Shown here: positions 1 to 9,479 of the stretch, piece by piece
Layout of the letters: every line of letters starts with the position of its first letter
How positions within the stretch are numbered: position 1 is the first letter of the stretch
Assembly (NCBI GenBank): GCA_965199955.1
Contig: CBDATQ010000001.1
Coordinates: 928,001-992,000 of the forward strand
DNA: 64,000 nt
Direction: 5' to 3'
Source of the DNA: Spirochaetia bacterium
GTDB lineage: Bacteria > Spirochaetota > Spirochaetia > SZUA-6 > Bin103
Translations under genes and position numbers: made by a program
Notes under the pieces: model-generated
Told to the model about the DNA's origin: nothing
The model's input: only the letters and a program-made list of their open reading frames with translations
Databases searched by the model: none

Positions 1-2
1 CG

Positions 3-2012
3 GCGCAGGCGCTGCTTTCCAAGCGCTTGGCGACCATCGACGTCGACCTCCCGGTGGAGGTCGACCTGGACAGCTTCGCCCGGCGCGATCCCGATCCGGA
101 CGCCACCATCGCCATTTTCGACCGGCTGGAGTTTCGGCTCCTCAAGGAACGGCTGTTTGGCGACGCCGGGGACGACTCACCGGCAGCGCGCGGCATGGCC
201 ACCATCGAAGACACGGAGCACGACTACCGGGTCGCCGCCACCGCGGCGGAGCGGCTGGCGCTGGCCGCCGAGTTGCTCGCCGGGGATGCGGTGTCGATCG
301 ATCTGCAGAGCACGGCGGCGGATCCGAAGCGCGCCCGCATCGCCGGTGTCGCGTTTGCTGCCGCCCCGCACGCGGCCGCCTACGTGCCGTTCCCGGCGGA
401 CGACCGGGCCGGCTACGGGCAGGCGCTCGACGACCTGCGGCCGGTGTTCGAGTCGGAGGCGGTGATCAAGGTCGGCCACTATCTCAAGCACGCCATGAGC
501 GTGCTGGCCTGGCACGGCGTCCGGCTGGCCGGCACCGTGCGCGACACGCACGTCACGCACAGCCTCATCGACCAGGAGGGGCGCCATCGCCTGGAGCAGC
601 TCGCCGAGCGCTACCTGGACTACTCGCCGATCCCGCTGTCGTCGCTGCTGGGGGAGGACGGCAAGGACCAGTTGCCGCTGCTGGAGGCCGACCCGGAGCG
701 CCTGACCGACTACGCCGCCGAGCGGGCGGACGTGGCCCTGCGCCTGCACGCCGCGCTCGCCGCCGAGCTGGCCGATGCCGAGTACGAGGGCGTCTGCCAT
801 GACATCGAGAGCCCGCTGATCAGGGTGCTGGTGGAGATGGAGCATGCCGGGGTCACCGTCGACGTCGACGTGCTGCACGAATACGCGGACCAGCTCGGCA
901 CCGAGATCGCCGCGCTGGAGCAGGGGATCTACCAGGCGGCGGAAGGCGAGTTCAACCTCAACTCGCCCAAGCAGCTCGGCGAGATCCTGTTCGACCGGCT
1001 GCAGATCGACCCCAATCCCAAGAAGACCCGCACCGGCCAGTACATGACCAACGAGCAGCAGCTCTCCCGCTACGCCGACCGCCACCCGATGATCCCGATG
1101 CTGCTCGACTACCGCGTCGTGCAGAAGCTCAAGTCCACCTACGTGGATACGCTGCCGGCGGCGGTGTTCGAGCGCACCGGCCGCATCCACACCATCTTCA
1201 ACCAGTTGGTGGCCGCCACCGGGCGGTTGAACTCGGAAGGCCCGAACCTTCAGAACATTCCGATCCGTACGGAAAAGGGGCGGGAGATCCGGCGGGCGTT
1301 CGTGCCCCGCGGCCCCGACTTCCTGTTGCTGTCGGCCGACTACTCGCAGATCGAGTTGCGCATCCTGGCCTCGATCGCGGGCGAGGAGTCGATGCTGGAG
1401 GACCTGAGCAGCGACGTGGACATCCACGCGGCCACCGCGTCGCGCGTGTACGGCGTGACGCTGGACCAGGTCACCCTGGAGATGCGCAGCAAGTCCAAGA
1501 TGGTCAACTACGGCATCGCCTACGGTATGTCCTCATTCGGACTGGCGCAGCGGCTGCGCATCGCGCGCAAGGAAGCGGCCGAGATCATCGAACGCTACTT
1601 CACCCAGTACCCGAAGATCCGCGGCTACATGGACGAGGCGATCGCGTTCGCGCACGCCGCCGAGTACGTGCAGACCCTGAAGGGTCGGCGCCGCTTCCTG
1701 CGCGACATCAACTCCCGCAACCGCACCGCGCGCGCGGCCGCGGAGCGCATCGCCATCAACGCCCCGATTCAGGGCACCGCGGCCGACATGATCAAGATCG
1801 CCATGATCGACATCGCCCGCGAACTGAAGCGGCGCCGCCTGCGCACGCAGATGATCCTGCAGGTGCACGACGAGCTGGTGTTCGACCTGCACCGGGACGA
1901 GCGCGAGGAGGTAGTGCCGCTCGTGCACGACCTGATGCGCGACGCGCTCCCCCTGGCCGCACCCATCGAGGTCGAGATCGGCGTTGGCTCCGACTGGCTC
2001 AGCGCGCATTGA
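3..2012 (+). CDS. polA: DNA polymerase I (5' part lies outside the window)
   Basis: Motifs TGRLNSEGPNLQNIP, ADYSQIELR, KMVNYGIAYG, NAPIQGTAAD, QVHDEL; the frame is open to the window start. Confidence 0.97.
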   Translation, partial: AQALLSKRLATIDVDLPVEVDLDSFARRDPDPDATIAIFDRLEFRLLKERLFGDAGDDSPAARGMATIEDTEHDYRVAATAAERLALAAELLAGDAVSIDLQSTAADPKRARIAGVAFAAAPHAAAYVPFPADDRAGYGQALDDLRPVFESEAVIKVGHYLKHAMSVLAWHGVRLAGTVRDTHVTHSLIDQEGRHRLEQLAERYLDYSPIPLSSLLGEDGKDQLPLLEADPERLTDYAAERADVALRLHAALAAELADAEYEGVCHDIESPLIRVLVEMEHAGVTVDVDVLHEYADQLGTEIAALEQGIYQAAEGEFNLNSPKQLGEILFDRLQIDPNPKKTRTGQYMTNEQQLSRYADRHPMIPMLLDYRVVQKLKSTYVDTLPAAVFERTGRIHTIFNQLVAATGRLNSEGPNLQNIPIRTEKGREIRRAFVPRGPDFLLLSADYSQIELRILASIAGEESMLEDLSSDVDIHAATASRVYGVTLDQVTLEMRSKSKMVNYGIAYGMSSFGLAQRLRIARKEAAEIIERYFTQYPKIRGYMDEAIAFAHAAEYVQTLKGRRRFLRDINSRNRTARAAAERIAINAPIQGTAADMIKIAMIDIARELKRRRLRTQMILQVHDELVFDLHRDEREEVVPLVHDLMRDALPLAAPIEVEIGVGSDWLSAH

Positions 2013-2018
2013 GCTCCC

Positions 2019-2038
2019 GCTCAGTCGGCGCACTGAGC
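2019..2038. terminator. Hairpin between convergent polA and Sel1 genes
   Basis: GCTCAGT-cggcgc-ACTGAGC inverted repeat; no U-tract. Confidence 0.35.
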
Positions 2039-2042
2039 TGGT

Positions 2043-3578
2043 TCAGCCGCTTTCTGAGAGGCGTCTGGGACCCGTGATGGCGTCAGCCGCGGGCCGCCAC
2101 TCCCGCGCCAGGCGCCGGGCCTCCGCCAGGGGGGCCGCGGAGAGACGAGCGGCAACCTGATCCCGGAACCGCTCGGCCGCTTCCCGCCGTTCCGGTGACT
2201 GGAACCGCGAGGCGGCGAGCTCGTACCACAGGTATGCCTCCGTGTTGTCCTGCCCCACGCCCAGTCCTTTGTCGTATATGTACCCGATCGAGAACTGCGC
2301 GTCGGCGGCGCCCCGTTCGGCGGCACGCCGGTACCAGTGGGCCGCTGCCGCATGGTCCTCGGCGACGCCCTGTCCGGCGAAGTACATGTTGCCGATCGTG
2401 TACTGAGCCACGACATCTCCCCGTTCGGCGGCGCGCCGGAACCACTTAGCGACTTCCCTGGTCAGGGCCGGCGGGATGTCCTCGCCGGTCGTGTTGTTGA
2501 CGATGTAACGGGCTTCGTCGTGGCCCTGTTCGGCGGCGCGCCGGAACCAGCTCATGGCGGCGGCATAGTCCTGGGAGACGCCGACGCCGACTCCGTACAT
2601 GATCCCGACCCGGAACTGAGCGTCGGCGTGGCCTTCGTCCGCGATGCGGAGCAGCCACTTCGCGGCCTCGGCAAAGTCCTGAGGGACGCCCTGACCGTCG
2701 AGGTACATGGTCGCGAGCCGGGACTGGGCGTAGGCGTCGCCCTGCTCGGCGGCCGCAAGGAACCATTTCGCGGCTTCGTCGTAGTCCTGAGTTACGCCCT
2801 GACCGAGGTAGTAGCTGGCCCCCAGGCCGGACTGAGCGTCCCCGTCGCCCTGCTCGGCCGCCCGGCGGAACCACTTCACGGCCTCCGCCGCGTTCTGGTC
2901 CACGCCGAGGCCGTCGCGATACATGAAGCCAAGCAGGGCCTGAGCGCGTACGTGGCCCTGCGCGGCGGCGCGGCCGAACCACATGGCTGCCCGGGCCGAG
3001 CTCCGAGAGACGCCTGTTCCATCCAGGTACATGAGTCCCAGGTAGAACTGGGCGTAGGTGTAGTCCTGTTCGGCGGCCCGGAGGTACCAGGCGGCGGCCG
3101 ACGCCTGGTTCGCGGCAACGCCCCGTCCTATGTGGTACGAGACGCCGAGGTAGTACTGGGCATAAGGGTCGCCCTGCTCGGCCGCCCGGCGGTACCACCG
3201 AAGCGCCTCGGCGTCGCTCTGGGCGACCCCGTGGCCTTCGGCGTACATGAGTCCGAGGCTGGCCTGAGCTTCGACATCGCCCTGCTCGGCCGCGCGCGAG
3301 TACCACGCCGCCGCTTCCGCGAGGTCGCGGGGTACGCCGAGGCCTAGGTAGTGCATGACCCCGACCCGGTACTGGGCTCGGGCGTCACCCCGCAGCGCAA
3401 GACTCCTGAATCCCCGGAGCGCCGTCGCGTAGTCCCCGCGCTCATAGGCCGCGACGGACTCACTCCAGGTCTGGGCGGTCGCCGGCACGGTCGCAGCCAT
3501 GGCCAGCAGGACCATGAGAGCCGGGATGCACCTGCGAATCGCCCGCTTCACGACGGCCCCGATGACTCCCAATCCCAT
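2043..3578 (-). CDS. Secreted Sel1-repeat (SLR) protein
   Basis: Ten canonical and one degenerate 36-aa repeats (AQxxLGxMYxxGxGVxxDxxxAxxWxxxAAEQG); signal-peptide-like LMVLLAMAATVPATA; start uncertain (3551-3578). Confidence 0.9.
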   Translation of the reverse strand: MGLGVIGAVVKRAIRRCIPALMVLLAMAATVPATAQTWSESVAAYERGDYATALRGFRSLALRGDARAQYRVGVMHYLGLGVPRDLAEAAAWYSRAAEQGDVEAQASLGLMYAEGHGVAQSDAEALRWYRRAAEQGDPYAQYYLGVSYHIGRGVAANQASAAAWYLRAAEQDYTYAQFYLGLMYLDGTGVSRSSARAAMWFGRAAAQGHVRAQALLGFMYRDGLGVDQNAAEAVKWFRRAAEQGDGDAQSGLGASYYLGQGVTQDYDEAAKWFLAAAEQGDAYAQSRLATMYLDGQGVPQDFAEAAKWLLRIADEGHADAQFRVGIMYGVGVGVSQDYAAAMSWFRRAAEQGHDEARYIVNNTTGEDIPPALTREVAKWFRRAAERGDVVAQYTIGNMYFAGQGVAEDHAAAAHWYRRAAERGAADAQFSIGYIYDKGLGVGQDNTEAYLWYELAASRFQSPERREAAERFRDQVAARLSAAPLAEARRLAREWRPAADAITGPRRLSESG

Positions 3579-3711
3579 GCTCGCACGTTGACCTGCGACG
3601 CATGCTACTCGCGCAACTACCATTCGCCAAACAAACCGGCAGTCATCGGCCCGCCTTCCGAGCCGGCGGTGGCGTGAGCGGGCATCCCGCAGTACGGTAG
3701 AGACGTTCGTC

Positions 3712-3990
3712 ATGGCCGGTTGCGGCGACCTCGTCGACCCCTTTCTCGGCACCGAAGCCGTCGACCTGCCGGAGCCGGAGGGCATCGCGGCCACCTGGTA
3801 TTATCTGAAGGCGCAGGTCGCCAACAACCATCCCGGGGCCGCGCTGCCACTCGGCCCGGTGTCGGCGCTGCCGGGAACGGGCCGGCGCGCTCTACCGCTC
3901 TGGAGCGGATACGGCCGCGAGCTGTACGTGGGACTGTCGCTCGATGGTCCGGCCACGGCCCGAAGTTACGCCGCGGCGGCGGCCGCCTCG
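3712..3990 (+). pseudogene. Remnant of GH92 alpha-mannosidase-like gene
   Basis: VDPFLGTEAVDLPEPEGIAATWYYLKAQVANNHPGAALPLGPVSA resembles a GH92 N-terminus; similarity is lost after about 55 aa. Confidence 0.6.
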
Positions 3991-4113
3991 ATCTGCGTCT
4001 CGGCTCCGATCCCGCCCGCTTCCGTCCCCCGATCCTGCCGCCAGGCAGTTGAGCCAAGGTCCCATCGTTCGCCGGATCGGCGTCGAACAGGACCGCCGGG
4101 AGCGAGCTCGCCT

Positions 4114-4857
4114 TCAGCCCTGTCGGGCCTTCCATGCGTGGTACTGGGCGAAGGTTTCCTCGTCCGGGGGGTAGTACTTGCCGGGGGAGAGGTTCTCCTC
4201 GTCAAGACGGCGGCGGATCCATTCCTCCAGGTCGTCGCGCTCGATGGTCGCTTGGGCGATCTCGGGCGCGATCGAGCGCGGGATGACGACCACGCCGTCG
4301 TCGTCGGCGACCAGGTAGTCGCCGGGACGGACCAGCACGCCGTCCACGGAGACCGCGTCGTTGGCGGTGTAGGGGTAGCCGAACTGCGTGCCCAGGGCCG
4401 CGGTTCTGCCCAGGCCCCAGAGTGAGACGCCGTAGTCCTTGACCGTGTCCATGTCGCGGATGCCACCGTCGCAGATCAGGCCGTCGGCGCCCCGCTGCTT
4501 GAGCCGGAGGAACTTGATGTCGCCGCCGACCGACATCAGCGTTGAGCGCATCGCCTCCATGACGATCACGTCGCCCGGTCCGGCCTGCTCGAGGGCCACG
4601 TACTCCGCCGACTGCTCGCCGGGAGGCTTGTCGGCCACGCCGTCCGGCCGGGCGGGGACGAAGCGGACGGTCACCGCCCGCGCGACCAGCCGCGCGCCGG
4701 GATTCATGCTCCGCACGTTCGCCATGAAGGTGTAGCGTGCGGCGTAGCCGGCGTGGGCCAGCGTGTCGACCACGGCGGTCGAGTTGATCAGCCGGAGGGC
4801 GGCGCGGGTCTCCTCGTCCAGAACGTGGCCGGGCGTCTGTTGCACCAGCGCGTCCAT
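4114..4857 (-). CDS. RraA / HMG-aldolase family protein
   Basis: ARAVTVRF, GDVIVM, GGDI, DGGIRD, VRPGDYLVADDDGVVVIP. Confidence 0.88.
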   Translation of the reverse strand: MDALVQQTPGHVLDEETRAALRLINSTAVVDTLAHAGYAARYTFMANVRSMNPGARLVARAVTVRFVPARPDGVADKPPGEQSAEYVALEQAGPGDVIVMEAMRSTLMSVGGDIKFLRLKQRGADGLICDGGIRDMDTVKDYGVSLWGLGRTAALGTQFGYPYTANDAVSVDGVLVRPGDYLVADDDGVVVIPRSIAPEIAQATIERDDLEEWIRRRLDEENLSPGKYYPPDEETFAQYHAWKARQG

Positions 4858-4861
4858 CGGC

Positions 4862-5854
4862 TCAGTCCGGATTCTCCAGCGAATCGTAGAAGCGGATGAT
4901 GTCGCCGCGGTGCTCGGACTCGTTGAACGCCATGCCGGCGCGCGGGTGCTGGTTGTGCACGCCGGTCATCATGTACGGGTAGTCGAAGCCCCACTTGAGC
5001 TTCTCGCGCAGCGGCTCGATGTGGTGCTGGATGCAGTGCAGCGCCGGCCGCAGGCGGAACTTGGGGTTGTGCAGGAAGCTGAGCAGCAGCTCCATCGGGC
5101 AGTTGCCAGCCCCGCGTCCCAGGCCGGCCATGCTCGCGTCCAGCCGGTTGGCCCCCCGGACGGTGGCCTGGATGGTGTTGGCGAAGGCGAGCTGCCGGTT
5201 GTTGTGCGCGTGCATGCCGACCAGCTTGCCGCCCTCGTCGCAGTACGGCTGAAAGATCTTCATGTAGTCGTCGATGTGCTCCGTGTACAGCGCGCCGAAG
5301 CTGTCCACGATGCAGATCACCTCGACTTCGGAGCGGGCCACCAGCGCCAGCGCCTCGTGCAGCTCCCGATCGTTCACGGTGGACAGCGCCATCAGGTTGA
5401 GGCTGGTCTCGTAGCCCTTGTCGTGGGCGTCCTTGATCATGTCCAGCGCCAGCGGAATCTGGTGGATGTAGGTGGCGATGCGGATCATGTCGATCACGCT
5501 CTCCGACTTGGGGAGGATGTCCTCCTTGTAGTCGCTCTTCTCGGCATCGGCCATCGCCGCGATCTTCAGCGCCGTGTCGTTGTCGCCGACGATGCGGCGC
5601 ACGTCGCTCTCTTGGCAGTGCTTCCACGGCCCGAACTCGCCGGGCGGGAACTGCTCGCGGGAGTTGATGTAGCCGATCTCCATGTAGTCGATTCCGCCCT
5701 CGACGCACGCCTGGTACACGCCGCGCACGGTCTCGTCCGTGAACTGATGGTCGTTCATCAGTCCGCCGTCGCGGATGGTGCAGTCCAGTACCTTGATCTC
5801 CGGGCGATACGACATCCAGCCCGCAGTACCTGCCTGCGGCTCGCTCTCACTCAC
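4862..5854 (-). CDS. HMGL-like (DRE-TIM) aldolase, 4-hydroxy-2-oxovalerate aldolase-like
   Basis: [30 protein letters not shown] start overlaps the aroC stop, with [11 protein letters not shown]. Confidence 0.88.
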   Translation of the reverse strand: MSESEPQAGTAGWMSYRPEIKVLDCTIRDGGLMNDHQFTDETVRGVYQACVEGGIDYMEIGYINSREQFPPGEFGPWKHCQESDVRRIVGDNDTALKIAAMADAEKSDYKEDILPKSESVIDMIRIATYIHQIPLALDMIKDAHDKGYETSLNLMALSTVNDRELHEALALVARSEVEVICIVDSFGALYTEHIDDYMKIFQPYCDEGGKLVGMHAHNNRQLAFANTIQATVRGANRLDASMAGLGRGAGNCPMELLLSFLHNPKFRLRPALHCIQHHIEPLREKLKWGFDYPYMMTGVHNQHPRAGMAFNESEHRGDIIRFYDSLENPD

Positions 5855-6963
5855 GTTTCGGTCTCCTTTGCGAATTGTAGCACGGCCGCAGATGTCGCCC
5901 CATGAAGCAGATAGTGGTCGGCCAGCACCAGCGCCACCATGGCGTCCACCAGCGGCACGGCGCGCGGTAACACGCATGGGTCGTGGCGGCCGCGGCCCTT
6001 GATCGTCGTGGGATTGCCGTCCACGTCCACGGTCTCCTGCTCCCGCAGGATGGTCGCGGTCGGTTTGAAGGCGGCGCGGACGACGATGTCCTCGCCATTG
6101 GTGATGCCGCCCTGCACCCCGCCGGAGTGGTTGGTGCGGGTGCGGACGCGGCCGTCCTCGGCATAGAACGGGTCGTTGTGGGTCGAGCCGGTCAGCAGCG
6201 TACCGCCGAACCCGGAGCCGATCTCGAACCCCTTGCAGGCCGGCAGCGACAGGAGCGCCCTGCCCAGGTCGGCCTCCAGCTTGTCGAACACGGGCTCGCC
6301 CAGGCCGGGTGGGACGCCGCGCACGACCGTCTCCACCACGCCGCCGAGCGAGTCGCCGTCCTTGCGGGCGGCGCCGATGCGCTCGACCATTTGTTCCGCC
6401 GCCCGCGGGTCCGGACAGCGGGTGGGCGTCGCCTCGATGGCGGCGCGGTCGAGCCGCCCGTGGTCGACCTCCGCCTCGATCGACTGCACGCGGGCGACGT
6501 AGGACAGCACCTCGGTCCCGCAGCGCTCGCGCAGCAGCTTCCGGGCGATGGCGCCGGCGGCCACGCGGCCCACGGTCTCGCGCGCGCTGGCGCGCCCGCC
6601 GCCGATCCAGGCGCGGATGCCGTACTTGCGCTCGTAGGTGTAGTCGGCGTGCGAGGGGCGATAGGCACGGCGCACGTCCTCGTAGTCCTGTGGTTTGGCG
6701 TCGGTGTTGCGTACCAGCACCGCGATCGGCGTGCCAAGCGTGCGGCCTTCGAACACCCCGGACAGTATCTCAGCCTGGTCGGCCTCCCGCCGCTGGGTGG
6801 TCAGCGCGCTCTGCCCCGGGCGCCTGCGGTCCAGCTCCGCCTGCAGGTCGGCCTCGGCCAGCTCCAGCAGGGGCGGGCAGCCGTCGATCACCGCGCCCAC
6901 GGCGGGTCCGTGCGACTCGCCGAAGGTGGTGACCCGGAACAGGTGCCCGAAGGTGTTGCCCAT
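5851..6963 (-). CDS. aroC: Chorismate synthase
   Basis: [37 protein letters not shown]. Confidence 0.98.
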   Translation of the reverse strand: MGNTFGHLFRVTTFGESHGPAVGAVIDGCPPLLELAEADLQAELDRRRPGQSALTTQRREADQAEILSGVFEGRTLGTPIAVLVRNTDAKPQDYEDVRRAYRPSHADYTYERKYGIRAWIGGGRASARETVGRVAAGAIARKLLRERCGTEVLSYVARVQSIEAEVDHGRLDRAAIEATPTRCPDPRAAEQMVERIGAARKDGDSLGGVVETVVRGVPPGLGEPVFDKLEADLGRALLSLPACKGFEIGSGFGGTLLTGSTHNDPFYAEDGRVRTRTNHSGGVQGGITNGEDIVVRAAFKPTATILREQETVDVDGNPTTIKGRGRHDPCVLPRAVPLVDAMVALVLADHYLLHGATSAAVLQFAKETET

Positions 6964-7000
6964 GACGCGCGATGGTGGCGGCAGGTTCGCGCGTGGTCAA

Positions 7001-7276
7001 TCAGGAGGCGCTGCCGCTGGGCTCATTGGCGCCATGCCGGGCCCTGAGTTGCTGCAAGAGCAGCGGTGAAATCCGATAGCCACACGCGGCCATGTGTTGG
7101 ACTACGACTGCGGCGTCGTCTATGAGCGATCTCCGTTCCGCCATGTGGAGCATGCGGGCGGTACCGATGTAACTCAGTCCGCGTCGGATGCGAGCGAACA
7201 GATCTCTTGGGATGAAGCGCGCGTCGATCTTGGCGAGGGCGATCAGAGGTCCCGCATCGCTTATGACGCGAGCCAC
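7001..7276 (-). pseudogene. DUF3368-like PIN toxin, internally deleted
   Basis: N-term VISDAGPLIALAKI and C-term IGT...GYRIS present; only 91 aa, central acidic PIN region missing. Confidence 0.65.
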
Positions 7277-7599
7277 GCGGAAACGTCGCCGGCTTCGTGG
7301 CTCGTCGTCTCGTCCTGCCGGACGATCTCGATGCCCAGGCTGCCCAGATGCTGGATGAACTCGCTCAGGGAGAGGCCGCTGATTTTCGCGGCCTTTCCCA
7401 GCGAGACGCCGCCGCCGTTGTAGAGACTGGCCGCGAGCGCCGGCCTCATTCCTGCTTCGGTCTCGGTCAACGACTTGTCCAGATGCATCAGCACGGCGTC
7501 CGGCTCGTTGCCCTTCAGGATCAGAACCGGCCCCTCCCTTGCTTGCCGTAACGCCAACGAAGGGTTCTTCTTCAGCTCTCGGACGTTGGTGGCGTGCAT
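7261..7599 (-). CDS. Antitoxin, Phd-like N-terminus plus UPF0175 HTH
   Basis: MHATNVRELKKNPS...GPVLILK and VSLGKAAKISGLSLSEF; overlaps the PIN gene. Confidence 0.75.
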   Translation of the reverse strand: MHATNVRELKKNPSLALRQAREGPVLILKGNEPDAVLMHLDKSLTETEAGMRPALAASLYNGGGVSLGKAAKISGLSLSEFIQHLGSLGIEIVRQDETTSHEAGDVSAWLAS

Positions 7600-7689
7600 C
7601 GCGTCGTTCCCATGCCTAAAGGTTCCTGCAGAGTGTAGTCCGCGCGCTGAGGGAACGCAACGGAGCCACCACACCGTCGGCCGGTCACA

Positions 7690-7945
7690 GCGGAGGCGAT
7701 CTACTTCCGCAAGCCGCTGGTCGTGAACCGCTACTCCGTGTACACCCACGACATCGAGCCGCTCGGCTTCCGCACCATCGAGATGGACGAGTTCGTCAGC
7801 GACGACACCGTGCGCGAGGCCCGCCGCACCTCACCGACGCCGCCCTGCGCGCCGAGGCCGCCGAGCACAACTACCGCATCGCCCGCACCTACTACTCTAC
7901 GAGACCCTGGAGGAGCGCCTCCGCCTGGTCCTGAGCATGTTCTGA
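7690..7945 (+). pseudogene. C-terminal remnant of a GT4 glycosyltransferase
   Basis: EAIYFRKPLVVNRYSVYTHDIEPLGFRTIEMD...EHNYRIARTYY/YETLEERL*; frameshifts, no N-terminus. Confidence 0.55.
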
Positions 7946-8032
7946 GGCGCGGCCGCCACGGGCACGCTACTCGCATGCCGGCGCCGGTCGGGATACGGTG
8001 GCAGTGCCGGATCGCCACCCGGCGACGGAGCG

Positions 8033-9295
8033 ATGGCAGAGACACCGGAACAACTCGCGCAACGAATCCGCTTGGGCGAGGACAGCGCGCTGGAGATCAA
8101 GGAAGTCACCATTGCCCACGGTCGCGTGACGGGGCCGCGGCGCGACCAACTGGCCGACGAGCTGGCCGCATTTGCCAACGCCAACGGCGGGACGCTGGTG
8201 CTGGGCGTCGAAGACCGGGCACGCCGTGTCACCGGCATACCTCCTGCGCATCTGGACGCCGCGGAGCGCCTCGTCGCGGACACGGTGCAGGACTCGATCA
8301 CACCGCCACTGGATGCCGATATCCGCAAACTGGAGCTGCCGGGTCCGCAGGACGCGCCGGTTGCCGTGCTGCGCGTCGACGTGCGCCGGGGTCTATCCGT
8401 CCACAAGAGTCCGGGCGGGTACTTGCGCCGGATCGGCAGCTCGAAGCGGCAGATGGAGCCCGAATACCTGGCGCGGCTGTTCGAGTTGCGCGGCCGGTCA
8501 CGCTTGCGCGACTACGGCACCCAGGCGATCGCGGCCGCCTCCGTCGATGACCTCGATCCGCGCCTGGTGGACCGGTTTCGGGGAGAGATCAGCGACGACG
8601 ACCGGGCCACGGCGTTGCTGAAGCTGGACATGGTGGCCGAGGAAGAGTCCGGAGCTCGGCGCCCGACCGTGGCGGGCGTGCTGCTGGGCAGCCGTCTCCC
8701 GCAGCGCTGGCTGCCACAGGCGTTCATCCAGGCAGTAGCGTACCGCGGCACCAGCATCGCCGAGGCCCTCGACGAGCCACGCTATCAACTCGATGCGAAG
8801 GATCTGGACGGCCCGCTCGACGACCAGATCGCCTACGCCTGCCGGTTCGTTTCACGGAACCAGCGCGTCGAAGCTTCCAAGGCGGTCGGCCGGTGCGACT
8901 GGCCGCAATACGATCCGGCGGCCATCTTCGAGGCGGTGGTCAACGCCGTGGCGCACCGCGACTACTCGATCCGAGGCGCCAAGATACGCTTGCGCATGTT
9001 CTCCGATCGCATCGAGCTGAGCTCCCCCGGAATGCTGATGAACGGCATGACCGTCGCCGATCTCCCCTACCGCCAGCAGGCCAGAAACCCCGCCATCACC
9101 AACCTGCTCGATCGCTGCCCGATCCCCGAAGGACTCGACACTCCCCGCCTGACCCTGATGGACCGCCGCGGCGAAGGCGTCCCGGCCATCCTCGCACGCA
9201 GCACGAAACTGTCTGGCAAGCGCCCCGTCTACGGTCTGTTCGGCGACGAACTCCGGCTCACCATCTTCGCCGCCTCTCCCGCGGCGTCACCATGA
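8033..9295 (+). CDS. AlbA_2 (Schlafen-like) domain plus HATPase_c_4 / RecG-C-like protein
   Basis: GEDSALEIKE, AFANANGGTLVLGV, EAVVNAVAHRDY, SSPG, RNPAI. Confidence 0.85.
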   Translation: MAETPEQLAQRIRLGEDSALEIKEVTIAHGRVTGPRRDQLADELAAFANANGGTLVLGVEDRARRVTGIPPAHLDAAERLVADTVQDSITPPLDADIRKLELPGPQDAPVAVLRVDVRRGLSVHKSPGGYLRRIGSSKRQMEPEYLARLFELRGRSRLRDYGTQAIAAASVDDLDPRLVDRFRGEISDDDRATALLKLDMVAEEESGARRPTVAGVLLGSRLPQRWLPQAFIQAVAYRGTSIAEALDEPRYQLDAKDLDGPLDDQIAYACRFVSRNQRVEASKAVGRCDWPQYDPAAIFEAVVNAVAHRDYSIRGAKIRLRMFSDRIELSSPGMLMNGMTVADLPYRQQARNPAITNLLDRCPIPEGLDTPRLTLMDRRGEGVPAILARSTKLSGKRPVYGLFGDELRLTIFAASPAASP

Positions 9296-9308
9296 GCCTT
9301 TCTCATGG
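9290..9308. terminator. Hairpin at the end of the AlbA_2 gene
   Basis: CCATGAG-ccttt-CTCATGG. Confidence 0.25.
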
Positions 9309-9479
9309 CTCTCCTCGTACTGTCTGATACGTATGGGCGACGAACACCGAGTTCTCCAACGGGACGCTGAAGAAGCCGCCGCGGGTGGTGCTCAGACTTG
9401 TTTCTGACGCCAAGCCGACGGGGTAGAGTGTACTCGACGCGCCGTCAGTGCGCGCGATGGAGTGGTGTAGACCAGCGTC

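Noticed and set aside
2200..3400. 108-bp periodic repeats as a CRISPR or DNA repeat array
   Set aside because: They are degenerate, in-frame Sel1 protein repeats with no spacers or cas genes.
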